NCBI RefSeq assembly: GCF_018350175.1
Contig: NC_058368.1
Coordinates: 168,580,001-168,644,000 of the forward strand
DNA length: 64,000 bases
Reading direction: 5' to 3'
From: Felis catus
Taxonomy: Eukaryota
Made by a program: the position numbers and the translations under genes. This document shows, piece after piece, positions 12,387 to 24,918 of this stretch. Under the pieces are notes generated by a model. That model worked only from the letters and a program-made list of their open reading frames with translations. It made no database searches and had not been told where the DNA came from. Within the stretch, counting starts at the first letter, position 1, and every line of letters starts with the position of its first letter.

Positions 12387-12886
12387 GACACAGGAGTGCT
12401 GATGCATAGGGGCACTTGTACCCCAATGTTTTTAGCAGCACTTTCAACAATAGCCAAATTATGGAAAGAGCCTAAATGTCCGTCAACTGATGAATGGATA
12501 AAGAAATTGTGGTTTATATACACAATGGAATACTACATGGCAATGAAAAAGAATGAAGTATGGCCTTTTGTAGCAACGTGGATGGAACTGGAGAGTGTTA
12601 TGCTAAGTGAAATAAGTCATACAGGGAAAGACAGATACCATATGTTTTCACTCTTATGTGGATCCTGAGAAACTTAACAGAAGACCATGGGGGAGGGGAA
12701 GGAAAAAAAAAGTTAGAGAGGGAGGGAGCCACACCATAAGAGACTCTTAAAAACTGAGAACAAACTGAGGGTTGATGGGGGGTGGGAGGGAGGGGAGGGT
12801 GGGTGATGGGCATTGAGGAGGGCACTTGTTGGGATGAGCACTGTGTGTTGTATGGAAACCAATTTGACAATAAATTTCACATTTAA
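12387..12886 (+). mobile_element. 5'-truncated young felid L1 (ORF2 C-terminus and 3'UTR)
   Basis: Open ORF2 end ...WKEPKCPSTDEWIKKLWFIYTMEYY...DRYHMFSLLCGS*, G-rich 3'UTR, AATAAA; TSD at 12372-12386 and 12887-12901. Confidence 0.95.
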
Positions 12887-13149
12887 AAAAATTGTCCTTT
12901 ATTGGAGATTATTTTATCACTACAGAAAGCTCCACAAATATAATACTTCTTTTGCTTCTAGACAGCAGAAATACTTTATGAGTGCAGATTTATACAGCAC
13001 AAAACTGGGGACATGTTATGTAATAAATCCTTGTTGGATTGAGTTGAATTATATTTGTAATTTTTTGTTAAAATTATGTTGTCATCTTAGAATCTATTAT
13101 TTTACAATACTAATGTCATCTTAAAGATACTTCTTAATACATCCTGTGT

Positions 13150-13950
13150 TCTTTACCTGTTTTCCATCTTAATGTTACCATGGTAATCCAAACCAACCAC
13201 CATCATTGTTCCCCGGACCACTTCAGCAGTTTCCTGGTTTCCCCTCTTGCTCTTCTACAATTCAGTCTCCATGTAGGAGCATAAATGATCTTTTTTCAAA
13301 AGAGTAAAACTGATCACTATCACCTTGCTTTGAACTCTTTGTTGGCTTCTCAGTGCAGTTAGAATAAAATGTAAAGTCTTGTTCCTATAAAGCTGTCCTC
13401 AATTTCCAGTTTATATACCTGCCTCCTTTCCCCTAAGTTCATTATGTTCCAGTCACACTGGTCCTCCTTCTGTTCCTGGGACATTTTAAATTGTTCCCAT
13501 CTCACTCTGTGCTGACAGCTCAGAGCCTGGAGCCTGCTTCAGATTCTGTGTCTCCCTCCCTCTCTGGCCCTCCTCTGCTCGCTCTCTCTCTCTCTCTCTC
13601 TCAAAAATTCAACATTAAAAAAAAGATTTTTTTAATTGTTCCCATATCAGGGCCTTTATGTGGGCTATACTTTGTAATCATTGTTAATCATTGTCTAGAA
13701 TATTCTATTTCCAGACCTTCCTATGGCTGCCTCCTTTTGTCTCTTCAAGTCTCACTTTAAGTGTCACCTTCTCAGACTCTTTATCTAATATTAGCAAGGA
13801 CCATATCTGCACCTAGTAACACATTTGTCATATTACTATTTGTCATATTACTTTGTTTCATTTTCTGCATATTTTTAGCAGTATCTGAAAATGGTCTTAC
13901 TTAACTGTTTATTATCCTTCCCCATTGAAATGGAAGGTTTACTGCTGGTA
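13150..13950 (+). mobile_element. L2 remnant interrupted by a 5'-truncated Can-SINE (~13500-13633, TSD aattgttcccat)
   Basis: L2 3' motifs (ggcttctcagtgcagttagaataaaat, ccagtcacactggtcctccttctgttcctgg, cagggccttt); SINE body gctgacagctcagagcctgg. Confidence 0.75.
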
Positions 13951-14039
13951 CACATTAGAAAAAACTTAATAGAGTGCCACTTGGTAAAGTAATAAAAAAA
14001 ATGCAATAATAGATTTCAAAGTATTTATTTAAAAATGAA

Positions 14040-15082
14040 ACTTCCACAAAGCTATAGTAATTAAAACAGTATGGTACTGGCATAAAAATAGACACATAGA
14101 CCAATGGAACAGAATAGAGATCCCAGAAATAGGCCCCCATATATATGGTCAACTAATGTTTAACAAGGCATCCAAGAACACTCATGGGGAAGGGATAGTT
14201 CTTCAACAAATGGTGTTGGGAAAACTGGAGAAACACATGCAGAACAGTGAAATTGGACCACTGTCTTACACCACTCACAAAAATTAACTCAAATGGATTA
14301 GACCTGATACTGTAAACTTCCTAGAAGAAAACTTCCATAGAAGAAAACTTCCTAGAAGAAGCTCCTTGACATTGGTTTGGGGAATGATTTTTTTGGATGT
14401 GCCAATAAAAGCAAAAATCGACAAGTGGGACCATATCAAGCCAAAAAGATTCTGCACAGTAAAAGAAACAATTAAAAAGTGAAAAGGCAATGTACTGAAT
14501 GGGAGAAAGTATTTGTAAATCACATATTGCATAAGGGGTTAACGTCCAAAATATATAAGGAACTCATACAACTCAATAACAAAAAATTTGATTAAAAGAT
14601 GGCAGAGGAACTAAATAGACATGTTTCCAAAGAAGACATTCAAATGGCCAACAGACACATGAAAAGATGCTTAATCATCAGGTAAATGCAAATCAAAACC
14701 ACAATGATCACCTCACACCTGTTAGAATGTCTATAATCAAGGGGCACCTGGGTGGCTCAGTCGGTTAAGCGGCTGACTTCGGCTCAGGTCATGATCTTGC
14801 AGTCCATGAGTTCAAGCCCCGCGTCGGGCTCTGTGCTGACAGCTCAGAGCCTGGAGCCTGTTTCAGATTCTGTGTCTCCCTCTCTCTGACCCTCCCCCGT
14901 TCATGCTTTGTCTCTCTCTGTCTCAAAAATAAAAAAAAAGGTTAAAAAAATTTTAAAGAAAAAGAATGTCTATAATCAAGAAGACAAGATAACAAGTGTT
15001 GGAAGGATGTGGAGAAAAGGGAACCCTTGGACATTATTGGTGGGAATGTAAATTGGTTTGGCCACTATGGAAAACAGTATGC
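14040..15082 (+). mobile_element. L1 ORF2 fragment (carnivore/L1MA-type) interrupted by a Can-SINE at 14741-14962
   Basis: aaagctatagtaattaaaacagtatggtactggcataaaaatagacacatagaccaatggaacag; SINE TSD agaatgtctataatcaag. Confidence 0.9.
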
Positions 15083-15087
15083 AGTAC

Positions 15088-16160
15088 CCCTCAGTATAAA
15101 ATGAAATTCCCCCTCTGCTCAAAAAGCAGGAAAAAATGCTTCCAAGTACTAAAATAAAGGTGTTTTTTTTTTCCTTTCTTCTTCAGCCTCTCTCCCAATT
15201 TGTAATGGTGGTTTCATTTACTAAGTAAAGAGAATCTTTAATTTTAAATTATTAGCATGACTTTTATTGTTCATCTTTCTATTGTATAATGCCAATTTTA
15301 ATGCAAATATAAGAACATTTAACCTGTATATGAAATCAGCAAGATTACAGAATTCATATTTTGTAGCTTGTATATGAATATCTGTTTCATTCTTACCAGG
15401 ATAATGAAAACCACACAAAACTAACTCAACTTTTTTATTTCACTTCTTGATATGTACGCATCTATCAACCCTCTCTAGCTTTCGCTGATAAGGAAGAAAG
15501 GACAAAAAGGGAAGTTAACTCTATGATGCTTATCTTTTCTTTTCTCCTGTGTCTTCATTTTAGTATGAGTAGTTGGCCAATACAGGAAGTGACACAGTAA
15601 GAAAGAATATAATAGCATTCTTTGGATGCTCAAGTTTCTTGGAATGCCACTGCCTTCTTTCTGCGTTTGCAGCAAGTTCTGATTTGAATGACAAGTATGG
15701 TCTCTGGGGATTGTCAGTGCCTCTGTTTACTCAGTCACAGACATAACACACTGAACCTTATACTCACTTCAAACTCATGCATTGAATTTGAATCTCTTGC
15801 ATTGTGGGTTCACTGGAATGCTGTACTCATGAGGTGCTGAGAATACTAATGAGAATAGAGTGGAAAGGAAAGGTGGTCATACATATTGTGCATATCTTCT
15901 CTGGTTATTTCTATGCTCTTTTGTCCTTTTAGATTTCATTTACAAAATACAAATTCAAAGATAAAACTATCAAACGTTTCAAGATGGTGGGATACATGGC
16001 TGGCTCAGTCACTGGAGCATTCGACTCTTGATCTCAGGGTTGTGAATTCGAGTCCCATGTGAGTGTACAGATTATGTAAAAATAAATTCCTAAAAAAGAA
16101 TTCAAGATGGTGATCAAGGACGGGGCCTTTCTGAGTATAGGGACCTATACAACAGCACTA
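15088..16160 (-). mobile_element. MER45B-like hAT-Tip100 DNA transposon with a short SINE inserted at ~15990-16100
   Basis: Reverse complement follows the recalled MER45B consensus (aactcaactttttttatttcacttcttgata, ggccaatacaggaagtgacac, aatacaaattcaaagataaaa); SINE TSD ttcaagatggtg. Confidence 0.8.
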
Positions 16161-16971
16161 TACTTGTGTTAACCTCCCTGAATGTGTCCACCTTTCCTTT
16201 AATGTAATAGGGAAACTGTGTATATAGTAAACCTATTATCTTAAAATCTTTGAGGGAAACATCAAGGTTACATATTTTCTAGGGCCCCTGGAATACCACT
16301 GTCCAAGGTATTAATTTATTAAAAGCTTTTCAGTTGATCCTTAGTAAAAGGAGCTGCATTTAAATTTAGCAAATCAAGATTTTTTGAAAAACAAGGCCAG
16401 AATAAATGGTCTCCACAAAACCAAAGCTTTTGACTTTAAAAGCAAATAATGCAACAGTATGTTTGGTAAGAGCTAAAACTGAGTGGGAGAGTTACTATTT
16501 CAACAAAATAAATGAAATATATGTTAGATTTTTTCCAGTTTTTAAAACTTTGTATAACTGTATATAGACAAATACACATTTGAGACATTATATGCAGTTA
16601 AAAATATATACCTATTCAGCCCTGCCTTCATTAGAAATAAACTCCCTAGAGCTAAGCTATAATGTGAGCAATGGGGGATCTGTAAGGTGAGCCCATCCAT
16701 CCATGGCACTTATTATTTATTTCCTGTCATTCCATGGTAACATATTGCAATATGACAAGCATCTGGCAAATAAATAGAGGGTTTTGGTTAAAAAGGGGAC
16801 CAGAATATTAGTGTAAGTTTATTAGAGTATATTATTTTATAGGAAAGTAATAATGGCTGAGAAATATTCATTCATTCACTAGTGGTCCAGACATGAATTC
16901 TAGTTAATCTGATCATTGATGTTGTCATAGAGATGAAATTTGAGTTGAGCCTGAAATAATGGAAAGCATTT

Positions 16972-19968
16972 CTTTAAAAGTAGAGAGTTTTATACTGGCT
17001 ACATGCCCTTTGTCAGATGTGTGATTTGCAAGTATTTTCTCTGGCTTATCTTTTCATTTTCCTGCCAATATCTTTCACAGAGCAAAATTTTCTAATTTTT
17101 TTTATTGGCGCCTTAATGACTCAGTACTTAAATGTCCAAATCTTGATTTCGGCTCAGGTCATGATCTCATCGTTCATGGGTTCAAGCCTCACCTCGGGCT
17201 TTGCACTGACAGCACAGACCTGGCTTGAGATTCTCTCTCCCTCTCTCTCTGCCTCTCCTTTGCTTGCATGCACACTCTCTCTCAAAAAATTTTTTAATAA
17301 TTGTTTTGTTGTTGAATTATAATTAACATCCTATGTTATATTAGCTCCAAGTGTACAACATAGTGATTCAACAATTCTAGACATTAGTCAGAGCTCACCA
17401 TGATAAGTTCAGTCACCATATGTAACCATATCATGTTATAATATTACTATTTCCTGTACTGTACTTTTCACCTCATGACTTACTTATTTTATAACTAGAA
17501 ATTTATACCTCTTAATCAACTTTATGTATTTCACCCATCCCCCCCATCCATCTGTCCTCTGGCAACCACCAGTTTGTTCTCTGTATTTAAGAGTCTGGTG
17601 TTTTTTGTTTTTGTTTTGTTTTTGTCTTTTTTTTTTTCTGTATTTTAGATTCTACATATAAGTGAAAGCATATTTGTGTTTGTCTGACTTATTTCACTTA
17701 GCACAGTACCCTCTTGGTCCATCCAGGTCATTACAAATGACAAAATCTCATTCTTTTTTATGGCTGAGTAATATTCTATACTATACATTCTAAATTTTTT
17801 AAATGTTTATTTAGTTTTGAGAGACAGAGACAGAATGTGAGTGAGGGAAGGGCAGAAAGAGAGGGAGACACAGAATCTGAAGCAGGCTCCAGGCTCAGAG
17901 CTGTCAGCACAGAATCCGACGCAGGGCTCAAACTCACGAACTATGAGATCATGACCTGAGCCAAAGTCAGATGCTTAATTGACTGAGCCACCCAGATGCC
18001 TCTATATATCACATCTTCTTTATCCATTCATCTACAGGTGGACACTTTGTTGCTTCCATATCTTCGCTAGTATAAATAATGCTGCAATAAAAATAGAAAT
18101 GAATATATCTTTTTGAATTAGTGTTTTCACTTTCTTTGTGTAAATATGCAGCAATGGAATCATTGGATCCTATGGTATTTCTATTTTTAATTTTTGAGGA
18201 CCCTCCATACTGTTTTCCACAGTGGTTGCACCACTCTATATTCCTACCAACAATGCACAAGAGTTCCCTTTTCTTCACATCCTCACCAACAATTATTATT
18301 TCTTGTCTTTTTGATACTAGCTATTTTGATAGGTGTGAAGTGATATCTTCATTGTGGTTTTGATTTGCATTTGCCTGGTGATGAGGGATGTTGAGCATCC
18401 TTTAATGTGTCTGTTGGCCATCTGGGGTGTCTTCTTTGGAAAGATGTCTATTCATGTCCTCTTCCCTTTTTTTTTTTAATTAAAAACTGTCATTCTTATT
18501 ATTTACATTCCCACTTGTATTCCCTTTAGAATTCTCTTACCTTGTTTTTTTTCCCCCCCTTTTTTCTCTTTGGTATTTTTAAAATTAATTTTTTAGTTTT
18601 AATTCCAGTACAGTTAACATATAGTGTTACATTAGTTTAAGGTGTACAATATATTGATTCAGTAATTCCATACATTGCTCAGTGCTCATCATAAGTGTAC
18701 TCTTAATCCCCATCACCTATTTTACCCACCTCCCTACCCGCCTCCCCTCTGGTAACCACCAGTTTGTTCTCTATATTAAGAGTCTATTTCTTGGTTTCTG
18801 AGTATTTGTGTTGTTGATGTTCAGATGTATGAGTTTTTATATATCTTGGATATTAACCCCTTACTAGATATATCATTTGTATATATCTTCTCCCATTCAC
18901 TGGGTTGCCTTTTTGTTCTGTTGATGGTTTCCTTTGCCATGCAAAGCTTTTTATTTTGGTGTAGTCCCAATAATTTATTTTTACTTTTGTTTCCCTTGCT
19001 TGAGGAGACATATTCATAAATATGTTGCTAAGGGTAATGTCCAAGAGACTACTATCTATGTTTTCTTTTAGGAGCTTTATGGTTTCAGGTCTCCCATTTA
19101 GGTCTTTAATCCACTTTGAGTTTGTTTTTGTGTATGGTGTAAGAAACTTGTCCAGTTTCATTCTTTTGCATGTAGCTGTCCAGCTTTCCCAACACCATTT
19201 CCCTCATTGTATGTTTTTGCCTCCTTTGTCAAAGATTAATTGACCATATAGATGTGGGCTTATTCCTCAGCTGTCTATTCTGTTTCATTGGCTTGTCTTT
19301 TCATTCTTCTGCCAGTATCTTTTATAAAGCTAAATTATCTAATTTTGATCAAGTCTAATTTACCAACTTTTTCTTTTATGTATTGTGTTTTTGATGTTAT
19401 ATCTAAGAAGTCATTCTTAAGTAAAGGTCACAAAGATTTTTTCTGTTTTATTCTAAAAGTTTTATTGTTTTAAATTTTGTATTTAGGTCTAAGATTTATT
19501 TTGAATTAGTTTTTATATAGGGGGTGAAATATGGGTCAAAGACAAGCCACAGAAGATATTTACATGTTAATGTTCAATTGTTCCAGGACTATTTGTTGAA
19601 AAGATTATTCTTTCTTCACTGAATTGCCTGTGCACCTTGCCAATAATCAATTGGCCATATTTACATGAGTGTATTTCTGGACTGTTTATTTTGTTCAATT
19701 GATCTGTGTGTCTGTTTTCTCCAATACCCCACTGTCTTGATTACTGTAGCTTTGTAAGTCTTAAAATCAGGTCATAGGAATCTTTCAACTTTGTTCTTTC
19801 TGCTAAAAATAACAACCCAGCTTTAAAAACGGGCAAAAAGCTTTGGTCAGACACTTTACCAAAGAAGATTCATGGATTGGGGTGCCTCACTGGCTCAGTC
19901 AGTGGAGTGTGTGACTCTCAATCTCAAGGTCATGAGTTCAAGCCCCATATTGGGCATGGAGCCTACTT

Positions 19969-20035
<67 letters not shown>

Positions 20036-20498
20036 AAAAAGATATGTGGATTGGTTTGGAAATAAACACATGAAAAGATGTTCAACATTATTAGTCATTA
20101 GGGAAATGTAAATTAAATATTGCTAGACATCTATCAGAATGATAAAACAAACCCATCACTCCAAGTAAGATGAAAATTTATGTTCACACAATAAAACCTG
20201 TATGTGAATGTTTATGGGTACCTCATTCATAATTGTCAAAAGCTGGAATAAAAATGTCTCTCAGCTGGGAAATGGATAAACAGTGAAATACTACACTGCA
20301 ACAAAATGGAAGAAGCTACTAATACACACAATAACGAGTGAATCTCAAGTGCATTATGTTAAGTGAATGAAGTCAGAATCAAAAGGATATATGCTATGTG
20401 ATTACATTTATGACGTTTTTGAAAAGGTAAAACTATAGAAATGAAGAATAGGTAAGGATTGTGTGGGGTAAGGGCTGACTACAGAGATAATGTAAGGA

Positions 20499-20540
<42 letters not shown>

Positions 20541-20676
20541 ATGTGTTCAGCACGCAGATTTGAAACTATTCCACATTTTGATAGTGGTGTTGGTTACATG
20601 GCTATGCATTAGTCAAAACTCATAGAACTGTACACCAAAAAGAGTGCATTTTACTGTAATGTAAATTAAAAATAAA
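16972..20676. mobile_element. Old L1M with an inverted 5' part (minus ~16972-19803, plus ~19804-20676), hosting later SINEs and a carnivore L1
   Basis: Minus-strand ORF2 sequence at 16972-17100 and 19245-19803; plus-strand ORF2 end and 3'UTR starting aacaacccagctttaaaaacgggcaaa; contains SINEs 17107-17295 and 19878-20040 with (GAAA)n, and (TG)n at 20503-20538. Confidence 0.7.
17310..19245 (-). mobile_element. 5'-truncated carnivore L1 containing a SINE (17790-18001) and a second L1 3' end (~18590-18795)
   Basis: ORF 18853..19161 ([20 protein letters not shown]...) is L1 ORF2-like; typical L1 3'UTR at 17310-17770. Confidence 0.88.
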
Positions 20677-21454
20677 CTACATGTAGAGGTATAAAGTATT
20701 CCATGCTGGAGGGGAAGTGGGAAGGGTAACAGTGAGGAGGAAGAAAAGTCTTATATAGTTAAATTGCTTGTAGATTTGTAAAGTGCCCTGAAGCCAAGTT
20801 CAGAAACTAAATTTGCCTCTAAGCCAAAGCTTGAATGTGAGAACATCAAAACAAAAACAATGGTTAGGTGGCTCAATCTATTGGCAGTGTGCACCATAGA
20901 ACCCTAAGGAAGCAGAGAAAGAAACCAGTTAAGAACTGACAAGGGCTCCCCTATGGTAAAAATCTTATATATTAATAGAAATTTATAAATTGAAAATTCA
21001 CTCATTTACTCCATCTAAATTAATCCTTGTAAGAACCAGTGAAGTTAGAAGTATTATCTGTGATTAATAGACCCCAAAATGGAGGGTCAGAAAGGTTATG
21101 GATATGCTAAAGTTCATACTATATAACTGTGAAGCTAAGACCTGAATCCTGGCCTTTTGATTCTTTCCAGTTCTCTTTATTCTCTCACATCATTTTATTC
21201 CTTTCCTTCCTTGCAGTTATCACAATATGTAGATGGTCTGTTAATTTATTTTCCTTGCTTAGTGTCTGGATCTCCCTCTGAACTCCAGGGGAGGAGCCCC
21301 GACCCTATAGCTCCCTGTTATATCCTCAGAATCTCTCACAGTGCTTGGCACATAATTGGTGTTCAACAAATTCATTGAATCAATAATCATTGGAGTTAGA
21401 AAGCAAAGATAGAGCATAATTATATCTAGTATTATCCTTTTAAACGTGTGTGCT

Positions 21455-22035
21455 AGTGCTTTCAACAATAGCCAAATTATGGAAAGAGCCTAGATGTCCA
21501 TCAACTGATGAATGGATAAAGAAGATGTGGTTTATATATATAGAATGGAATACTACGTGGCAATAAGAAAGAATGAAATCACACCATTTGCAGCAACGTG
21601 GATGGAACTGGAAGGTATTATGCTAAGCGAAATGTCAGGCAGAGAAAGACAGATATATGTTTTCACTCATATGTGGATCTTAACATACGACAACATATGA
21701 GAAACTTAATGGAAGACCATGGGGGAAGGAAAGGGGGAAAAATAGTTACAAAAAGAGAGGGAGGGAGGCAAGCCATAAGAGACTCTTAAATACAGGGAAC
21801 AAACTGAGGGTTGAGGGGGGTGGGTGAGAGAGTGGGGGAGTGGGGGAGAGGGGAAAGGGGATGAGGGGTGGGGGAGAGGGGAAAATGGATGATGGGCATT
21901 GAGGAGGGCACCTGTTGGGATGAGCACTGGGTGTTGTATGTAAGTGATGAATCACAGGAATCTACTCTGGAAGCCAAGAGCACACTGTATACACTGTATG
22001 TTAGCCAACTTGACAATAAATTGTATTTGAAAAAC
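21455..22035 (+). mobile_element. 5'-truncated felid L1 3' end with an expanded G-rich tract
   Basis: ORF2 tail (MEYYVAIRKNEITPFAATWMELEGIMLSE), 3'UTR and AATAAA; duplicated ggggtgggggagagggg motif at 21806-21880. Confidence 0.92.
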
Positions 22036-23473
22036 AAGAAGAGAAATCCTTCTATAAATAATAATTGACTGCATACTTTCAAAAAAAAATGGTGTATCCT
22101 ATGTGCAGTGATGGGGACAGATGCTCCTTGTTCTGTTCTTAAACCCAGTAGTTCTCAAATCTGACTGTACAATAGATGACAGATCTGTACCTATTGATCT
22201 TTTTAATTATTGCTTCATTATTTTAAAAATTTTTATCAAAGCAGTACAAGTGAAATGACACCCTAAGATTTATAACAGAAAGGATCCCCTAGCCCTGTTA
22301 CTTTTCAGGTCTCATCACCAGCCCCATAGTTGGACTCTCCTCTCAACACTGTTGTTTATCCTTCCTGTCATGAAACATGCTTACTGCACCTTTTATTGAT
22401 TTTTCAGTATTAGGAATTATCTGCTGACTTCCTACTATGGAAAAAGTAGATTTAGCTCTCTCACATTACTTCCACTCAGGAGTTTCCCTCATCCTGTTCT
22501 TAAAATATTGGAATAACTACAGTATTATAATATGGGACTAAATATTCAACATTTAGATTAGGATAATTATGTAATTTTTTTAAGGTTGAGCCACATGTAT
22601 ACTATGATTACAGTTTTGAAAAATGAAGTTTTCTATAAATTTTTTCCTGTAGGTAATAATTGCTTCGTTTTCCATTTACTTTATTTCTTAGATGCTTGCC
22701 CTTAAGTCATCCCCAAATTGTGTTACAATACTAATACATCTCTCTGTGTGGTGAAATACATTGATCTCACTTTTTTTTTTCCCCTCTTGGACACTTCAGT
22801 TCTGGAGAGTTTCGTTCTCTTGCCTCAGTCTGTACTGGCTGCTTTTTAGGCCTGTCATACAGTTGTAATGCTAGAAATTTTCCTCCTCATCATCCTGGGT
22901 ATTCCCTTTTCGTTTCTCTGGTGTTGATTCATGTCTTCATCTTTTTCAAATCCCCTTTTTTGGTGGAAAACATACCTCCCTGAGAAAAGGTTTCATAGGA
23001 GTAAAGCTTTTTGTAATCTTGCATGTCGGAGAACACCTTTATTTTATCTTAGACTCGATTGATTGGTTGAGTTTGTAGGGAATTCTGGATTGTAAATGCT
23101 CTCCCTTTGGAGTTTAAAGATATTTCTCTATTTTCTTCTGGTTTACAGTATCATTATTGAAAAGTCCAATTTCATTCTTTGTTATCATGCCTAAACTTTT
23201 GTCTGCAATCTGTTATTCTATGTGAAGCATTCAGGGAATTTTCTTTATCTCTGCTGTTCTGCCGGTTCAGGATTAAATGCCTGTCTGTGAGTTGTCTTTA
23301 TTCATTTTGCAAGGGCTCCCTAGAAGGATTTCAGTCTGGAAAAACACTTCTTTCACTTCTGGCCTTTCTTTAATAATTCCACCCCTTCGTCCATCCACCT
23401 CTTTTTTGTATGTTTGTTTTTGCTTTTTTTTTTTTTTTGGAACTCCTAGAGGTTGGATGTTCAATCTGGATTG

Positions 23474-24522
23474 GGTTCTGGATAGTTTCCCATAAACATT
23501 TTTGTGGTAGACATCTTTGCTGTACGCATTTTTGCCACAGATTTTTTCACTGCATAACTAATTGGCCTTGGGGCATTTTTGCCATAAAAGATAAAATAAA
23601 GAAAAATAAAATAGGGACACTTAAAAAGGTCATAAGAAAACACGAAAATATTAATAAAATTAAATATTAATGTCTTCACTTATTGTGAGGCATCAGTTTT
23701 CTAAATACTAAGATGCAATATTTTTAACTGAGCTTTGTATTACATTATGAAAGCCTTCTACACTATCGTTTGTTCTTGGCATATACTCATATGCTCCTTG
23801 ATAGATGTTCTAAAGTTCTATGAAAAATGTGGAAAAGGGGCTCCTGGGTGGCTCAGTCGGTTAAGTGTCCACTTCGGCTCAGGTCATGATCTCACAGATC
23901 GTGGGTTCGAGCCCCTCATCGGGCTCTGCTGACAGCTCAGGGGCTGAAGACTGTTTCAGATTCTGTCTCCCTCTTTCTCTGCCCCTACCCCGCTTGCCCT
24001 CTGTCTCTCTCTCTCTAAAATAAATAAAAAGCATTAAAAATTTTTTAAAAATGTGGAAGAAATGTAATGCTGTAATGCATTTATAACTGAGCTTTGTTAC
24101 TATTGTAACTGATATGTTACCATTTTCTAGGATAGTATGTAATCTGGCTTTACACTTCACACTTGCAGCAAATTTTATCACCACATTTCCTATTAAGTAG
24201 ATACATGTAGTTGTTATCATCCACTGTTTTAAGACCACCACGTCTACTGCATAGACTATTATGAGGGGGCTAGCTAAGATTTATATAATATGAAACATGG
24301 GAAATTTGTCACTAGAGAAACAAAGCCAAACTGGCAAGTAGCTTTGATACATTAATGCGGCAGAAGGCAGCTGATTAGTCAATGGAGAAATGAAACCAGA
24401 CTGTCAGCCAGTTATTTTATCTTTTATGGCAAAATTACCTTACAGCTTATCAGTTATGAGAGAAAATGCTTGCGGCAGTGATGGCTACAGCAAGATGCTT
24501 ATGGTGAAAATACTGGACACAC
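23474..24522 (-). mobile_element. Internally deleted Mutator-like (MULE-MuDR, Ricksha/Phantom-like) DNA transposon with a SINE at 23836-24046
   Basis: ~110-125 bp sub-repeated terminal inverted repeats (TIRs) with a perfect 23-bp inner repeat at 23577-23599 / 24412-24434; flanking direct repeat CTGGATTG; minus-strand peptide MPRTNDSVEGFHNVIQS and FLYWCH-like ...CKARLHT. Confidence 0.8.
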
Positions 24523-24714
24523 CTGGATTGATCCTAAATTTTCTTTTCTTTCATGTTTTTCAACTGTTTGTCTGTTTGCTCTCTTTTGAGACTTCTTCAC
24601 TTCTTCACTTTGAGATAAACTTCACTTTATCATCTGCTTCTGAATTTAAAAATTTATTTTTTAATTTCCAAAAGATCATTTTTCTTTGAAAATTTATTTT
24701 ATTATTTTTCAAAA

Positions 24715-24918
24715 ATTTGTTTAAATTTATTTAATTATTTGAGAGAGAGAGAGAGAGAGAGAGAGCGCACTGGAGGGAGAGAGAGAGAGAATCCCAAGCA
24801 GGCTCCTCACTGCCAGCACACAGCCGGATGCAGGGCTTGAACTCATGAATCATGGGATCATGACCTGAGCCCAAACCAAGAGTTGAATGCTTAACTGACT
24901 GAGTCACCCAGGCATTCC
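24715..24918 (-). mobile_element. Can-SINE
   Basis: Reverse head, (GA)n, T-tract. Confidence 0.9.
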
